This document shows, one piece after another, positions 12,801 to 22,978 of a DNA stretch of 64,000 bases. The notes under the pieces were generated by a model. That model was not told the origin of the DNA and did not search any database. It worked only from the letters and a program-made list of their open reading frames with translations. Both the position numbers and the translations under genes were made by a program. This DNA is from Centroscyllium fabricii (Eukaryota). Position 1 is the stretch's first letter. Each line of letters starts with the position of its first letter. Location: positions 46,128,001 through 46,192,000 of the forward strand of contig JBNRSN020000028.1 of NCBI GenBank assembly GCA_051313645.2, in the 5' to 3' direction.

Positions 12801-12949
12801 CTGTCCTGTATATAAGGAATAACCTGAGTACCCGACTCCATTCTTTGTGAGACGTTCTACCGGTTGTAATACTACTGTAATTGCAAGTTATTAAAAGCCT
12901 TTCCTTTTAAACCTACGAAGCGAGTCATGTAGCAATTGAAGGCACTTCA
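9846..12949 (+). mobile_element. Internally deleted Ty3/Gypsy (Mag-like) LTR retrotransposon; LTRs 9846-10096 and 12699-12949
   Basis: Two 251-bp TG...CA LTRs; 5-bp TSD CCATT (9841-9845, 12950-12954); gag with two CCHC knuckles (CYFCGQLKHPRQRC, CFKCQKKGHYGKVC); decayed protease; RT start; RNase H end; integrase HHCC (HDDLCHPG..CHIC); PPT agaggggtgaa. Confidence 0.93.
11720..12128 (-). mobile_element. Full-length tRNA-derived HE1-like SINE inserted in the Gypsy RNase H region
   Basis: Minus strand has A box (tggcatagtgg), B box (gttcaaatcc) and (tttctatg)n tail; removing it restores TDQRSVAFMF. Confidence 0.9.
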
Positions 12950-13544
12950 CCATTGTCACTCAGCAGAAGGCTAGTAACCTGGCAACTCCTTTTGCAGTAC
13001 ATTTCCATTAACACTATTCTGCTGTCGTGTTATCTTGTTTATAGCTTTTCACTCTATTGGAATTTTCCATATCGCTCTTTCATTTCATCTCTCCAGCAGT
13101 TCAAGGCCTTTATACTGAGGTTCCATATCATTTCATCGCTGTTTCACTCGTCTTAATATATGCAGACAATCTCACTTTAATCTACCAGATAATTTCCTTA
13201 ACATAAAGGACCTCGCTCATTTTTTGGTATGTATACTAATTACTTTTAAATATTGTTGCAGTTGTTTATGTTAAGCGAATTCTGAGTTCTCACAGCCTTA
13301 TAGTATGTTTCTCTTAGCAATTTAATTATTTAACATTCACTTGCAGTCTGTATCTGTTTGCTACCAAAACGGAATCAAAACTGATTTTGAAGTGTCTGCA
13401 GCTACAGCTTTCTAGTTACCCAGGAGTAATTATGGATAATATTATCTGGTCAAAGGCTGCACTTAGTGATGTATATATATAAATATATGATTCGCATCTA
13501 CTAAACATTTTTAAATTCAGCATTGCCTACACCATGTAGCGATA

Positions 13545-13975
13545 TGAAAACAAGGATGATAATTGCCTCAACGGGAGTCTCTGTCGGTCAGCAAGCAAGG
13601 TGCTTTGCCGGCATTTAGTGCGAGTTAGATTACGGGCAGAACAGATTTTGATGAGCTCAAGTTATGGAGGATGGGACATAGGAAGCCGGCAGGGGTGGGT
13701 TGGTGTTATCAAGTCTAGAGCTACCAAAGGCATATATGATAGTTTGAGCAGCAGATCAGCTGAGGCAGGGGCGAAGTTCGGCGATGTTACGGAGTTGGAT
13801 GTAAGCCGGCCTGGTGATGGAGTGAATATTCGGTCAGAAGATCATCGTCTGGTCAAATACTACACCAGGTTTGCAAACAATAATCTGGTGATAAGGAGAT
13901 GGATGGAGTCGATGGTTTGGCAACGGAGGTTGTGAAGTGGGCCAATAGCTTTGGTCTTACAAATATTTAGTTCGA
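13545..13975 (-). mobile_element. Decayed L2-like LINE fragment
   Basis: Reverse complement resembles L2 RT C-terminal coding (aacctggtgtagtatttgacc, ggtagctctagacttgat); heavily decayed. Confidence 0.45.
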
Positions 13976-14445
13976 TGGCACCAGAACTAAAATATTGCAG
14001 CTATCAGGAAAGATTAAACAGGTTGGGCCTTTCTGTTATAGAACAGAGAGGACTTTAATGAGGCCTGATAAATATCTTGAGTACTATGACTGTTGGACAG
14101 GGTAGATATGGAGAGAACGTTCACAATTGTGGGGAATGCAACACTTGTGGTCATAAATACAAGATAGTTACTAATAAATTCAATGGGGAAATAAGGAGCC
14201 ATTTGTTTCCTGAGATAAATTTTAGAATGTGGAACACACGACCACATGAAGAGATTGAGGCAAATGGATTAGATTCTTTCAGAATGGAACTGGACGAGTA
14301 AATGAGAGAAAAGGAATAGAAAGATATGTTGACCAGCTGATTTGAGGTAGATGCAATGGGAGGAGACTGGTGTGGATCATAAAAACCAGCACAGAGTGAT
14401 TGGCCGAATGGCCTGTTTGTGGGCTTTATATTCCATGTAATATAA
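13976..14445 (+). mobile_element. CR1 3' end fragment
   Basis: GHKYKIVTNKFNGEIR..RMWN; tail ggccgaatggcctgttt. Confidence 0.75.
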
Positions 14446-14626
14446 TCCCCTGAACTGTAGCTCAGCTCTGTCTGCCTACATATTGACGAGGCTATTATTC
14501 TGGAAGCTGCAAATGAATTGCTCCCTCAATAGCTGAAGGGACTCTTTACAAAATGACTCAGACAGACTGCAGCAAACTAGTGAGCCTGTCCCGAAAGACA
14601 ATGCGGGAAATGTCAATCAGAAACAG

Positions 14627-15154
14627 ATGCAAGAAGTCACACAGCACCAGGTTATAGTCCAACAGTTTTATTTGAAATCACAAACTATCGGAGCGCTGTT
14701 CCTTCATCAGGTGTAAGAGAAGCACAGCATATATACGAGGGAGAGTGCAGTGTAATATTTCCAACATCACACCTCAGCAGAAAGACATACAAAGCGAACA
14801 AATGAGTTTTAACATGTTTTAACATATCAACCAGGCACCAGCCTGAGATCAATGAGGTATAGTCACAAAGGGTCAAATGTTGCAGTCTGGTGTCTGTGTG
14901 AAAACCAACAGAATGATTTAAAAGAAAGATTTTCCTTACTGGAAATCGCAGGAGGATTTGTGTAGTGATGATAAGCCAAAGACGGCGCGTGTCTGGATGA
15001 CTCTACCTCAGCTGGGGTCACATGTAGCGCGACATGAAGCCAATGAAAGCGCTCCGAAAGCTTTTGATTTCAAATAAAACTGTTGGACTATAACCTGGTG
15101 TTGTCTGACTTCTTGCATTTATATACCCCAGTCCAACACCGGCACCTCCACATC
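14627..15154. mobile_element. Penelope-like element remnant with inverted pseudo-LTR arms (14627-14697 and 15048-15118)
   Basis: 71-bp arms are near reverse complements; minus strand carries a hammerhead-like core cac-ctgatga-...-gata; inverted pLTRs are typical of Penelope insertions. Confidence 0.8.
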
Positions 15155-15317
15155 AAATCAAACACAGTTCCGAGTCCTAAACACAGTGCTCTCCCCGCCG
15201 CTGTTGTATCTTCAGAGCTCCAGCGATTGCTGGTGTAATTCAGTGGATGGCAGTGTGGGGCTGAATATTACATTCCAGAACTGGAAGCACTGGGAGCCAC
15301 CTCTGGGCAGCGCTCAG

Positions 15318-16225
15318 TTATTTCTGATTATTAATGAATTGAATACATGATGTAACCGGATATTTCACCACTCTCTTCACCTGCTCTCTGAACTTGGACT
15401 GGGTCACCCCATAAATAAATGTGTTTGTGCAGCAACTGAAACTGCGCAGCAGGAATCCGACTTGTCCAAAGACATATAAAGAACCAGTGTAATCAGTGGG
15501 ATTTGTTCCTGCAATGCTATAATATAAGAAATATATAACAAAGACCAGCCACAGCAGTATGAAACTGCCAGATATGGTGAAGAGTAAAATCACAGACTTC
15601 CTTCTGTTCTCCATCTCTGGGTCACTGCGATTCTCTCCCTTACTCTCACCCCTCAGTCTCTCACGGACACGACTGGCCACCAAAATGTGTCTGATTGTCA
15701 GAGCGTTGAGCAACAGAATTAAAGCGAATGGGAGCAATGGGGTTAAAACCGTGTCAAACCAGTCAAATACCACCCACCCGGGCTCAGTATAATAGCTCGG
15801 GATTGTGACACAGTACATTGTAACATTGTCGATTATCTCCCAGGTTTCATTTTTAAAGTAGAAGGGAACGTCTTTTAAACACAGCAGAATGCAACTTGTT
15901 GCCAAAACTGCAGCAGTAGTTTTCCCGGTGCAATATTTAGATTTTAGCTTCTGGCAACAAATGGCCACAAATCGATCAAAGGTGAAAGTGACGGTGAACC
16001 AGACAGAACAGTCGATGGCTGCACTGTTCAGGACAGAGATAACACTACACACAGGGGTGATGTCCAGGAAATTCACTGGGAAATAATGATAATTTATCTG
16101 GACCAGTATGACCTCAGTGACAATGACCAGGAGATCTGCAGCTGCCATGCACACCAGGTAGCGAGTGGTGCAGGTGGAGAGCCCGCACTTTCCCCGGGAC
16201 AGGATCACAATCGCCAGCAAATTCA
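15318..16225 (-). CDS. GPR139/GPR142-like class A GPCR, gene 1, exon 2 (TM1 end to stop)
   Basis: Intact 7TM frame with TFDRFVAICC, PVCS/YC disulfide pair, LTPLLPF, SDPEMENRRKS, NTFIY; polypyrimidine acceptor ttttttccttctctgttttatag at 16226-16248; phase fits exon 1 (67+908=975 nt). Confidence 0.93.
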
Positions 16226-16282
16226 CTATAAAACAGAGAAGGAAAAAAGACTGTAAATTACTGATCAAACATTCTCCGCATC

Positions 16283-16510
16283 TGATCAAGTTCCAGGGAA
16301 ATGTCAAACACCCGTGTCCGGTCCATCCCACGGGAGCAGTCAAACCTCCGGGACCAGTAAAAGCCCTGGGACTGGTCAACCCCCGAGTCTGGTCAAACGC
16401 CCAGGGCCGGTCAACACCCGATTCCTCTCCAACCCCCTGGATTGGTCAAACCCCCGGGTCCGGTTAATTCCCCGGAACCGGCCAAAGCCCCGGGTCCGTG
16501 ATCGAACATA
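16283..16510. repeat. Degenerate ~17-18-bp GC-rich minisatellite (ggtcaaacccccgggtcc-like)
   Basis: About a dozen imperfect gtcaaac/ccgg units just inside the GPCR intron. Confidence 0.7.
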
Positions 16511-16800
16511 CCCCGGGAGGTGATGCCCTGTTCGTCCTCCAGATTTGTGTATCTGTCCTACCTGGTCCTGCTTCGGTGTCCCCCACCCCCGTCCGACTGG
16601 AAGCCCGACTATCGACCAGGCTAAATGTCGGTGTCGGGGGCCAACCAACGACAAATAAACTGCACTGTGGAGTTGAGACACACCAAAATCCGCTAAAACC
16701 CGGACATCCACGTACCCTGTCTGATATTCCGCTTTCACCCTGCAACGCCGGCCATCGTACAGAACCCTCCTCTGTTAATATCTAGGCATTATTATTTGAA

Positions 16801-17500
16801 CAAAAGCAGAATACGGAGACTGCTGAAAAACTGATAAAAAGAGATTGCAGAAAACACTCAGCAGGTCAGACAGCGACTGTGAAGAGTCAAACAGGGTTTA
16901 CGTTTCAGGTCGTTGATCTTTCATCTGAACTGGAAGATATCAGAGATTAACAGTATTGAAGCAATGCTGGAGGCAGAGAAATGTGCGGCAGCATAAGGAA
17001 AGAAAAGGAGGATTGTCTGTGACCAGGTGTCACGTGTGCCGGGGAGACTGGATGCCAGTGGAAGATATGTTTGTTGGTGGCCTTAGCTGGACTTGACAGA
17101 AATGGCAGAGGATGGTCCGCTTAATGTCATGGCGGGTACAGCAGAAGTTGATGAAAAGAGGAACCCCACCAGGGCTCCAGCAGGGAGGGCAAGGGGTGAT
17201 GGCATCAATGCAGGATTGACACGGCCAAGGGGCCAGTCAGTCACAATGGCGGTAAATAGACGGCTGATGAAAAATGAAGACATTTCGGAAACACTGGTGT
17301 GGAAGGTGGCATCGTCAGAACATAAGGAAGGGAGATGGAGAAACATTGAGAATAGAATAGAGGCCTTCCAAGAAGCCCGGAGTGAGGAAGTGCATTAAAG
17401 ATTCCTGAGGGAGTGGCTGGGCTTATAGTAGATATTGGTGGACGGCCGAGCCCTTGAAAATGAAATCGAGAAATCCAGGAAGGTAAGCGAAGACGACTGT
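16801..17500 (-). mobile_element. Penelope-like element fragment (pLTR plus RT C-terminal coding)
   Basis: Minus ORF FLHLPSLCSDDATFHTSVSEMSSFF resembles PLE 'LRRICSD' region; decayed hammerhead at 16896-16930. Confidence 0.7.
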
Positions 17501-17685
17501 AGTTCAACATTTACATGTTATTCATTTATTTAAAATAGAAGATATAACAATTCCGAGGGTCTACAGACCAGTGAGGATAACGTCGGCGGTAGGAATGATA
17601 ATGGAATCCTTACTCAAATATGTAACAGAATCACATCTAGCAACACAAATATAAGAACAAGTAGTCAGCAGGTTTCCCGAAAGGA

Positions 17686-18410
17686 TTCATAGAATAGTTA
17701 CAGCACCGAAAGAGGCCGTTCGGCCCGTCGAGCCAGTGCTGGCTATCTGCCCCTGCACTTCAGCCAGTCCCAAAACCCCTCCCTTTCGCCGGAGCCCTGC
17801 AATATCGTTTCCTTCAGTTACTTATCCCATTACGTTTTGAAAGCGACAATTGTATCTGGCTGCTCCACCCTTTCAGAGATTGAATTCCGGATCATAACCA
17901 TTCGCTGCCTTTCAATGTTTTTGCTCATGACGCCTTTGGATCATCAGCACATCACCAAAAACCTCTGGTTCTCCACCGTTCCGCCAATGGGAACAGTCCC
18001 TCTATATCAACTCTGTCTACACTGTCTAGAGCACTCATGATTCTGATCATCTCTTTCAATTCTCCGCTCAACCTTCTCTGCTCTGAGGGGAGAACCCCAG
18101 TTTCTGGTATATCTAAGTAATTGAAGTCCTTGGAACCATTCTTGTACATATTGTCTGCAACCTCTCGAAAGCCTTCATGCCCTTCCTAAAGTGCGGTCCC
18201 TAGAATGGCACAGAATACTCCAGTTAATGCCGAATCAATGTTTTATAAATGTTTATCATAACTTGCTTGCTTTTGTACACAATATCCCTATTTATAAAGC
18301 CCAGATTCCCGAAAGCTTGTTTTTCGCTTTCTCAACCTGACCTGCCACCTTCAACGATGTTTATACATTTAAACTCAGCTCCCTCTGTTCCTGCACCAGC
18401 ATTCGAATGT
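17686..18410 (-). mobile_element. CR1 3' part
   Basis: Minus ORF EQRRLSGEL..DRVDIEGLFPL; tail catagaatagttacagcaccgaaagaggccgttcggccc. Confidence 0.75.
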
Positions 18411-21100
18411 CATGCTTGATTAATCTTAGAGAATTGTTTGAATAAGTATCAGAACGAGTAAATAAGGGTAATGTTGTAGATGAAATCTACTTTGATATTT
18501 TAAAACCATTCCAGAAGTTACCATATAGCAGACTGATTCACAGAGCAAGTGGAGTTAGGAGACAAGCAGAAGAATGGATAGCAAGATGGCTGTAAGAGCA
18601 GAAAATAGGGAGCAGTGGATAAAGCTATTTACTCAGATAGGTGGATGGTGAGAAGTGATGTTCCACAAGGATCGGCGTTGGGACCACTGCTGTTCACAAT
18701 TTACATAAACGGCATTGATTCGGGAAGCAAGCCCAAATTCACAACATGCAGTCGAATCTAATTGAGAATACAACTAATACAGAGGTAGAATGCAAATCAA
18801 TAACTGAAGACAGGAATACATTTGCAGAATGGGCGATTAAATGGAAAATTATTTTCAATATTGCTAAGTGCGAGCTACAGCATTTTGGTCGGAAGAATAA
18901 GTTTTGCAAATATTCCTTGAAAAATCTGAATCGGACTGGGGTAGAGTGGTCCCGATTATCAGAGTGGGGTAGAGTGGTCCCGATTATCAGAGTGGTGTAG
19001 AGTGGTCTCGATTATCAGAGTGGGTTAGAGTGGTCCCGATTATCGGACTGGGGTAGAGTGGTCCCGATTATCGGACTGGGGTAGAGTGATCCCGATTATC
19101 GGACTGGGGTAGAGTGGTCCCGATTATCGGACTGGGGTAGAGTGGTCCCGATTATCGGACTGGGGTAGAGTGGTCACGATTATCGGACTGGGGTAGAGTG
19201 GTCCCGATTATCGGACTGGGGTAGAGCGGTCCCGATTATCGGACTGGGGTAGAGTGTTCCCGATTATCGGACTGTGGTAGTGTGGTCCCGATTATCGGAC
19301 TGGGGTAGAGTGGTCCCGATTATCGGACTGGGGTTGAGTGGTCCCGATTATCGGACTGGGGTAGAGGGGTCCCGATTATCGGACTGGGGTAGAGTGGTCC
19401 CGATTATCGGACTGGGGTAGAGTGGTCCCGATTATCGGACTGGGGTAGAGTGGTCCCGATTATCAGACTGTGGTAGAGTGGTCCCGATTATCGGTCTGGG
19501 GTAGAGTGGTCCCGATTATCAGACTGGGGTAGAGTGGTCCCGATTATCGGACTGGGGGAGAGTGGTCCCGATTATCGAACTGGGGTAGAGTGGTCCCGAT
19601 TATCAGACTGGGGTAGAGTGGTCCCGATATCAGACTGGGGTAGAGTGGTCCCGATTTTCAGACTGGGGTAGAGTGGTCCCGATTATTGGACTGGGGTAGA
19701 GTGGTATCGATTATCGGACTGGGGTAGAGTGGTCCCGATTATCGGACTGGGGTAGAGTGGTTCCGATTATCGGACTGGGGTAGAGTGGTCCCGATTATCG
19801 GACTGGGTTGGAGTGGTCCCGATTATCGGACTGGGGTAGAGTGGTCCCGATTATCGGACTGGGGTAGAGTAGTCCCGATTATCAGACTGGGGTAGAGTGG
19901 TCCCGATTATCAGACTGGGGCAGAGCGGTCCCGATTATCGGACTGGGGTAGAGTGGTCCCGATTATCGGACTGGGGTAGAGTGGTCCCGATTATCGGACT
20001 GGGGTAGATTGGTCCCGATTATCGGACTGGGGTAGAGTGGTCCCGATTATCGGACTGGGGTAAAGTGGTCCCGATTATCGGACTGGGGTAAAGTGGTCCC
20101 GATTATCGGACTGGGGTAGAGTGGTCCCGATTATCGGACTGGAGTAGAGTGGTTCCGATTATCGGAATGGGGTAGAGTGGTCCCGATTATCGGAGTGGGA
20201 TAGAGTGGTTCCGGTTATCAGACTGGGGTAGAGTGGTCCAGATTATCAGACTGGGGTAGTGTGGTCCCGATTATCAGACTGGGGTAGAGTGGTCCCGATT
20301 ACCAGACTGGGGTAGAGTGGTCCCGATTATCAGACTGGGGTAGAGTGGTCCCGATTATCAGACTGGGGTAGAGTGGTCCCGATTATCAGACTGGGGTAGA
20401 GTGGTCCCGATTATCAGACTGCAGTAGAGTGGTCCCAATTATCAGACTGGGGTAGAGTGGTCCCGATTATCAGACTGGGGTAGAGTGGTCCCGATTAACC
20501 AGTAATTTAATGCAGCAACGCATGTTAACAAGGCCATAAATATACAAATAAAACTCTGGGGCTCATCTGGAGAAGGATAGAGTCTGAAAGCAAAGAGGTT
20601 AACTTAAACGTATATAGAAACTTGGTTATAGCACACTGAGCGCACTGTGTGCAGTTCTGATCCCCACATTACATAAATAATATGAAGGCTCAGGAGAAAG
20701 TGCAATTTCTTTTACAAGGATGACACCACAACTGAGATATTATCAACGTGAGGAAATATTTAACAGGCTGGGGCTCCTTTCTTTACAAATGAGAAGGCTG
20801 GGTGGTGGCCTAATATTGACCTTTACATTTTGAAGTTGTAACTTATGGTGGATGATTATACTTGTGATATGAGTGCAAAATTTGGAGATTATCGATAAAA
20901 GATAGTGACTGATCAATCCAATACGGAATTGAGGATGAATTATTTTACTCAGAGATTGGTTTGAATATGGAACTCGCTTCAACTTGGAGTCCTTGAGCCA
21001 AATAGCAGAGATTCATTTAAGGGTAAGCTGGAGAAGTACACGCGGTAGAAAGCAGTGGAAGGATTTTCTGATAGTTTAGATGAAGAGGAGTGGGAAGAAT
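18411..21100 (+). mobile_element. Old CR1 RT-to-3' end, interrupted by a 28-bp VNTR
   Basis: gttccacaaggatcggcgttgggaccactgctgttc (VPQGSALGPLLF); EWAIKWKIIFNIAKCE; resumes after 20497. Confidence 0.8.
18932..20497. repeat. 28-bp minisatellite, ~56 copies, consensus GGACTGGGGTAGAGTGGTCCCGATTATC
   Basis: Direct 28-bp periodicity (gtcccgat at 19033 and 19061), very homogeneous. Confidence 0.98.
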
Positions 21101-21228
21101 ATTAACACTAATCGGGTTTCTGTATAACACTGACCACGAGATTAGAACGTAACATTATCAGTCACAAAGCAAAACCAGAGACCAACTCACACACAGATTA
21201 CACAACGTCAATGGTTATACTCACTTAC

Positions 21229-21295
21229 CAGGAACACCAATGACAGCAATGATCACGCAGATTATTTTCTCCACACTGAGGTATGAGTCAACCAT
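21229..21295 (-). CDS. GPCR gene 1, exon 1 (MVDSYLSVEKIICVIIAVIGVP, phase-1 junction)
   Basis: ATG at 21293-21295; hydrophobic TM1 half; donor CTG|gtaagt at 21229/21228; splicing gives GVP-V-NLL and restores the TM1 GxxxN motif. Not in the ORF track. Confidence 0.88.
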
Positions 21296-21381
21296 TTTCT
21301 GTGTGAAGCGATGTGTCCTGTCCAACTGCAGGGAATCTCTCTGAATTAAACTCTGAGGTGATCCATTCCCAGCACCTTTAA

Positions 21382-21387
21382 TTTATA
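21382..21387 (-). promoter_or_regulatory. Candidate TATA box of GPCR gene 1
   Basis: TATAAA on the minus strand ~87 bp upstream of the ATG, in non-repeat DNA. Confidence 0.5.
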
Positions 21388-21841
21388 CGTTGCTGAATCT
21401 CCACGGGGACATTGAGATTGCAAAATCACTGAAAATACTTTTTCAAAACAATCTTTTGAACAAACAGATTACGACAGCCGAGATATTTCCCTGTTGCGAT
21501 GGAATATATTTAGAGCTGACATTGTAATTGAAAACCCCAAAGACCGGAAAATTCTGATCACATGAATTAACTAATGGAAATTGCCAGCTGTATCCTGCCG
21601 GCAATGGGCTTGTTCCTTCAAACTGAACCAAGCCCATCTCTACACCTCATCTTGTTTCAGTGATGTCCTTCACTCTGCTGAGGCCATTCAGTAATTATAT
21701 TCAAAATGTTACATTGCCCTTTCAGCGATGCTCAGCTGCACTCGGGGATGGGGGCTGCCCTATTTAACTGTGGTCATTCAGTAAGTAAATTAAAAATGTT
21801 ACATTGCCGTTTCAGGGATGCCCCGAACCATTCTGGTGTGA

Positions 21842-22978
21842 ACATAAGAAGATAAGAAATAGTAGTAGGAGTAGGCCATTTTGCCCTTCGAGCCTGCTCC
21901 GCCATTCATTGTGATCCTGGCTGATCAGTTTCCTCAGCTCCATTCACCGGCCCAACCGCCATATCACTTGATGCTCTTATTAGTGAGAACCCTCTGGACA
22001 TCTGTTTTGAATATACCCAATGACTGATCCTCCACAGTCCTCTGGGGTAGAGAATTCCAACAATTCACCACCTCTGAGTGAAGAAATTTCTTCTCATTTC
22101 AGTACTGAATGGTCCGCCCTTAATCTTGAGACTGTGGCCGTTTGTTCTAGATATCGCAGCCAAGGGAAACATTATCCGATCACCCATTGTATACAGCACT
22201 GTAACAATTTCGTATGCTTCAAAGAAATGCCTTCTCATTCTCCTCAATTCAAGGGATAACAGGCCTAGTTTACTCAATCTCTTCTCATCCGACAGTCCCA
22301 CCATCCCATGCACCAATCTTGTGCACCTTATTTGCACTCCAACTATGGCAAGTATAACCTTCGTTTGGTTAAGCAGAGCAAATTTGTACATAGTACTCCA
22401 GGTGTGGTCTCACCAAAGCCCAATGTAATTGTAGTAAAACTTATTTACTCCCGCACTCAAGGGCCCTTGAAAAGAAGCCCAGCATACCTATGGCTTCCTA
22501 CTGGCTTGCTGCACCTGCACATTCACTTTCCGTGACCCATGTACAAGGACACCCAGGCCCCTTTGAGCATCTAGATTTCCCAATCTCTCAACATTTAGGA
22601 ATCATTCTGCCTTTCTGTTGTCTCTACCAACGCGGATAACTTCACATTTATCCACATTATATAACATCAGCCAAGTTCCCGCACACTCACTTCGTCTGTC
22701 GAGCTCCCCTTGAAGACATTTCGCATCCTCTTCACAACCGACACATCAACCTTGCTTTGGATCACCAGCAGCTTTGGAAATGTTACCGTTAGACCCCCTC
22801 ATGCAAAGCATTTATATAGATTGCGCAAAGCTGGGGCCGACGCTGATCCTTGTGTACCCAAATAATCAGAGCCTGCCATCCTGAAAACGCTGCGTTTATC
22901 CCTGCACTTTGTTATCTGTCTGTTAATGAATTCACAATCCATGCTTTTATATTACCCCAATTCCACGTGCTTAATTTT
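21842..22978 (-). mobile_element. CR1 3' half
   Basis: Minus ORF LGLLSLELRRMR..MFPLA..TNGHSLKIKGGPF..NFFTQR; tail aacataagaagataagaaatag. Confidence 0.85.

Noticed and set aside
16226-16379. N-terminal extension of the 353-aa GPCR ORF
   Set aside because: Intronic read-through across a polypyrimidine tract and minisatellite; a proper exon 1 exists at 21229-21295
18932-20497. CRISPR-like appearance of regular repeats (also the 46-bp array)
   Set aside because: Head-to-tail units with no unique spacers, no cas genes, vertebrate context
21115-21142. RSS-like nonamer GGTTTCTGT
   Set aside because: No acceptable CACTGTG heptamer at 12 or 23 bp and no V/D/J segments nearby
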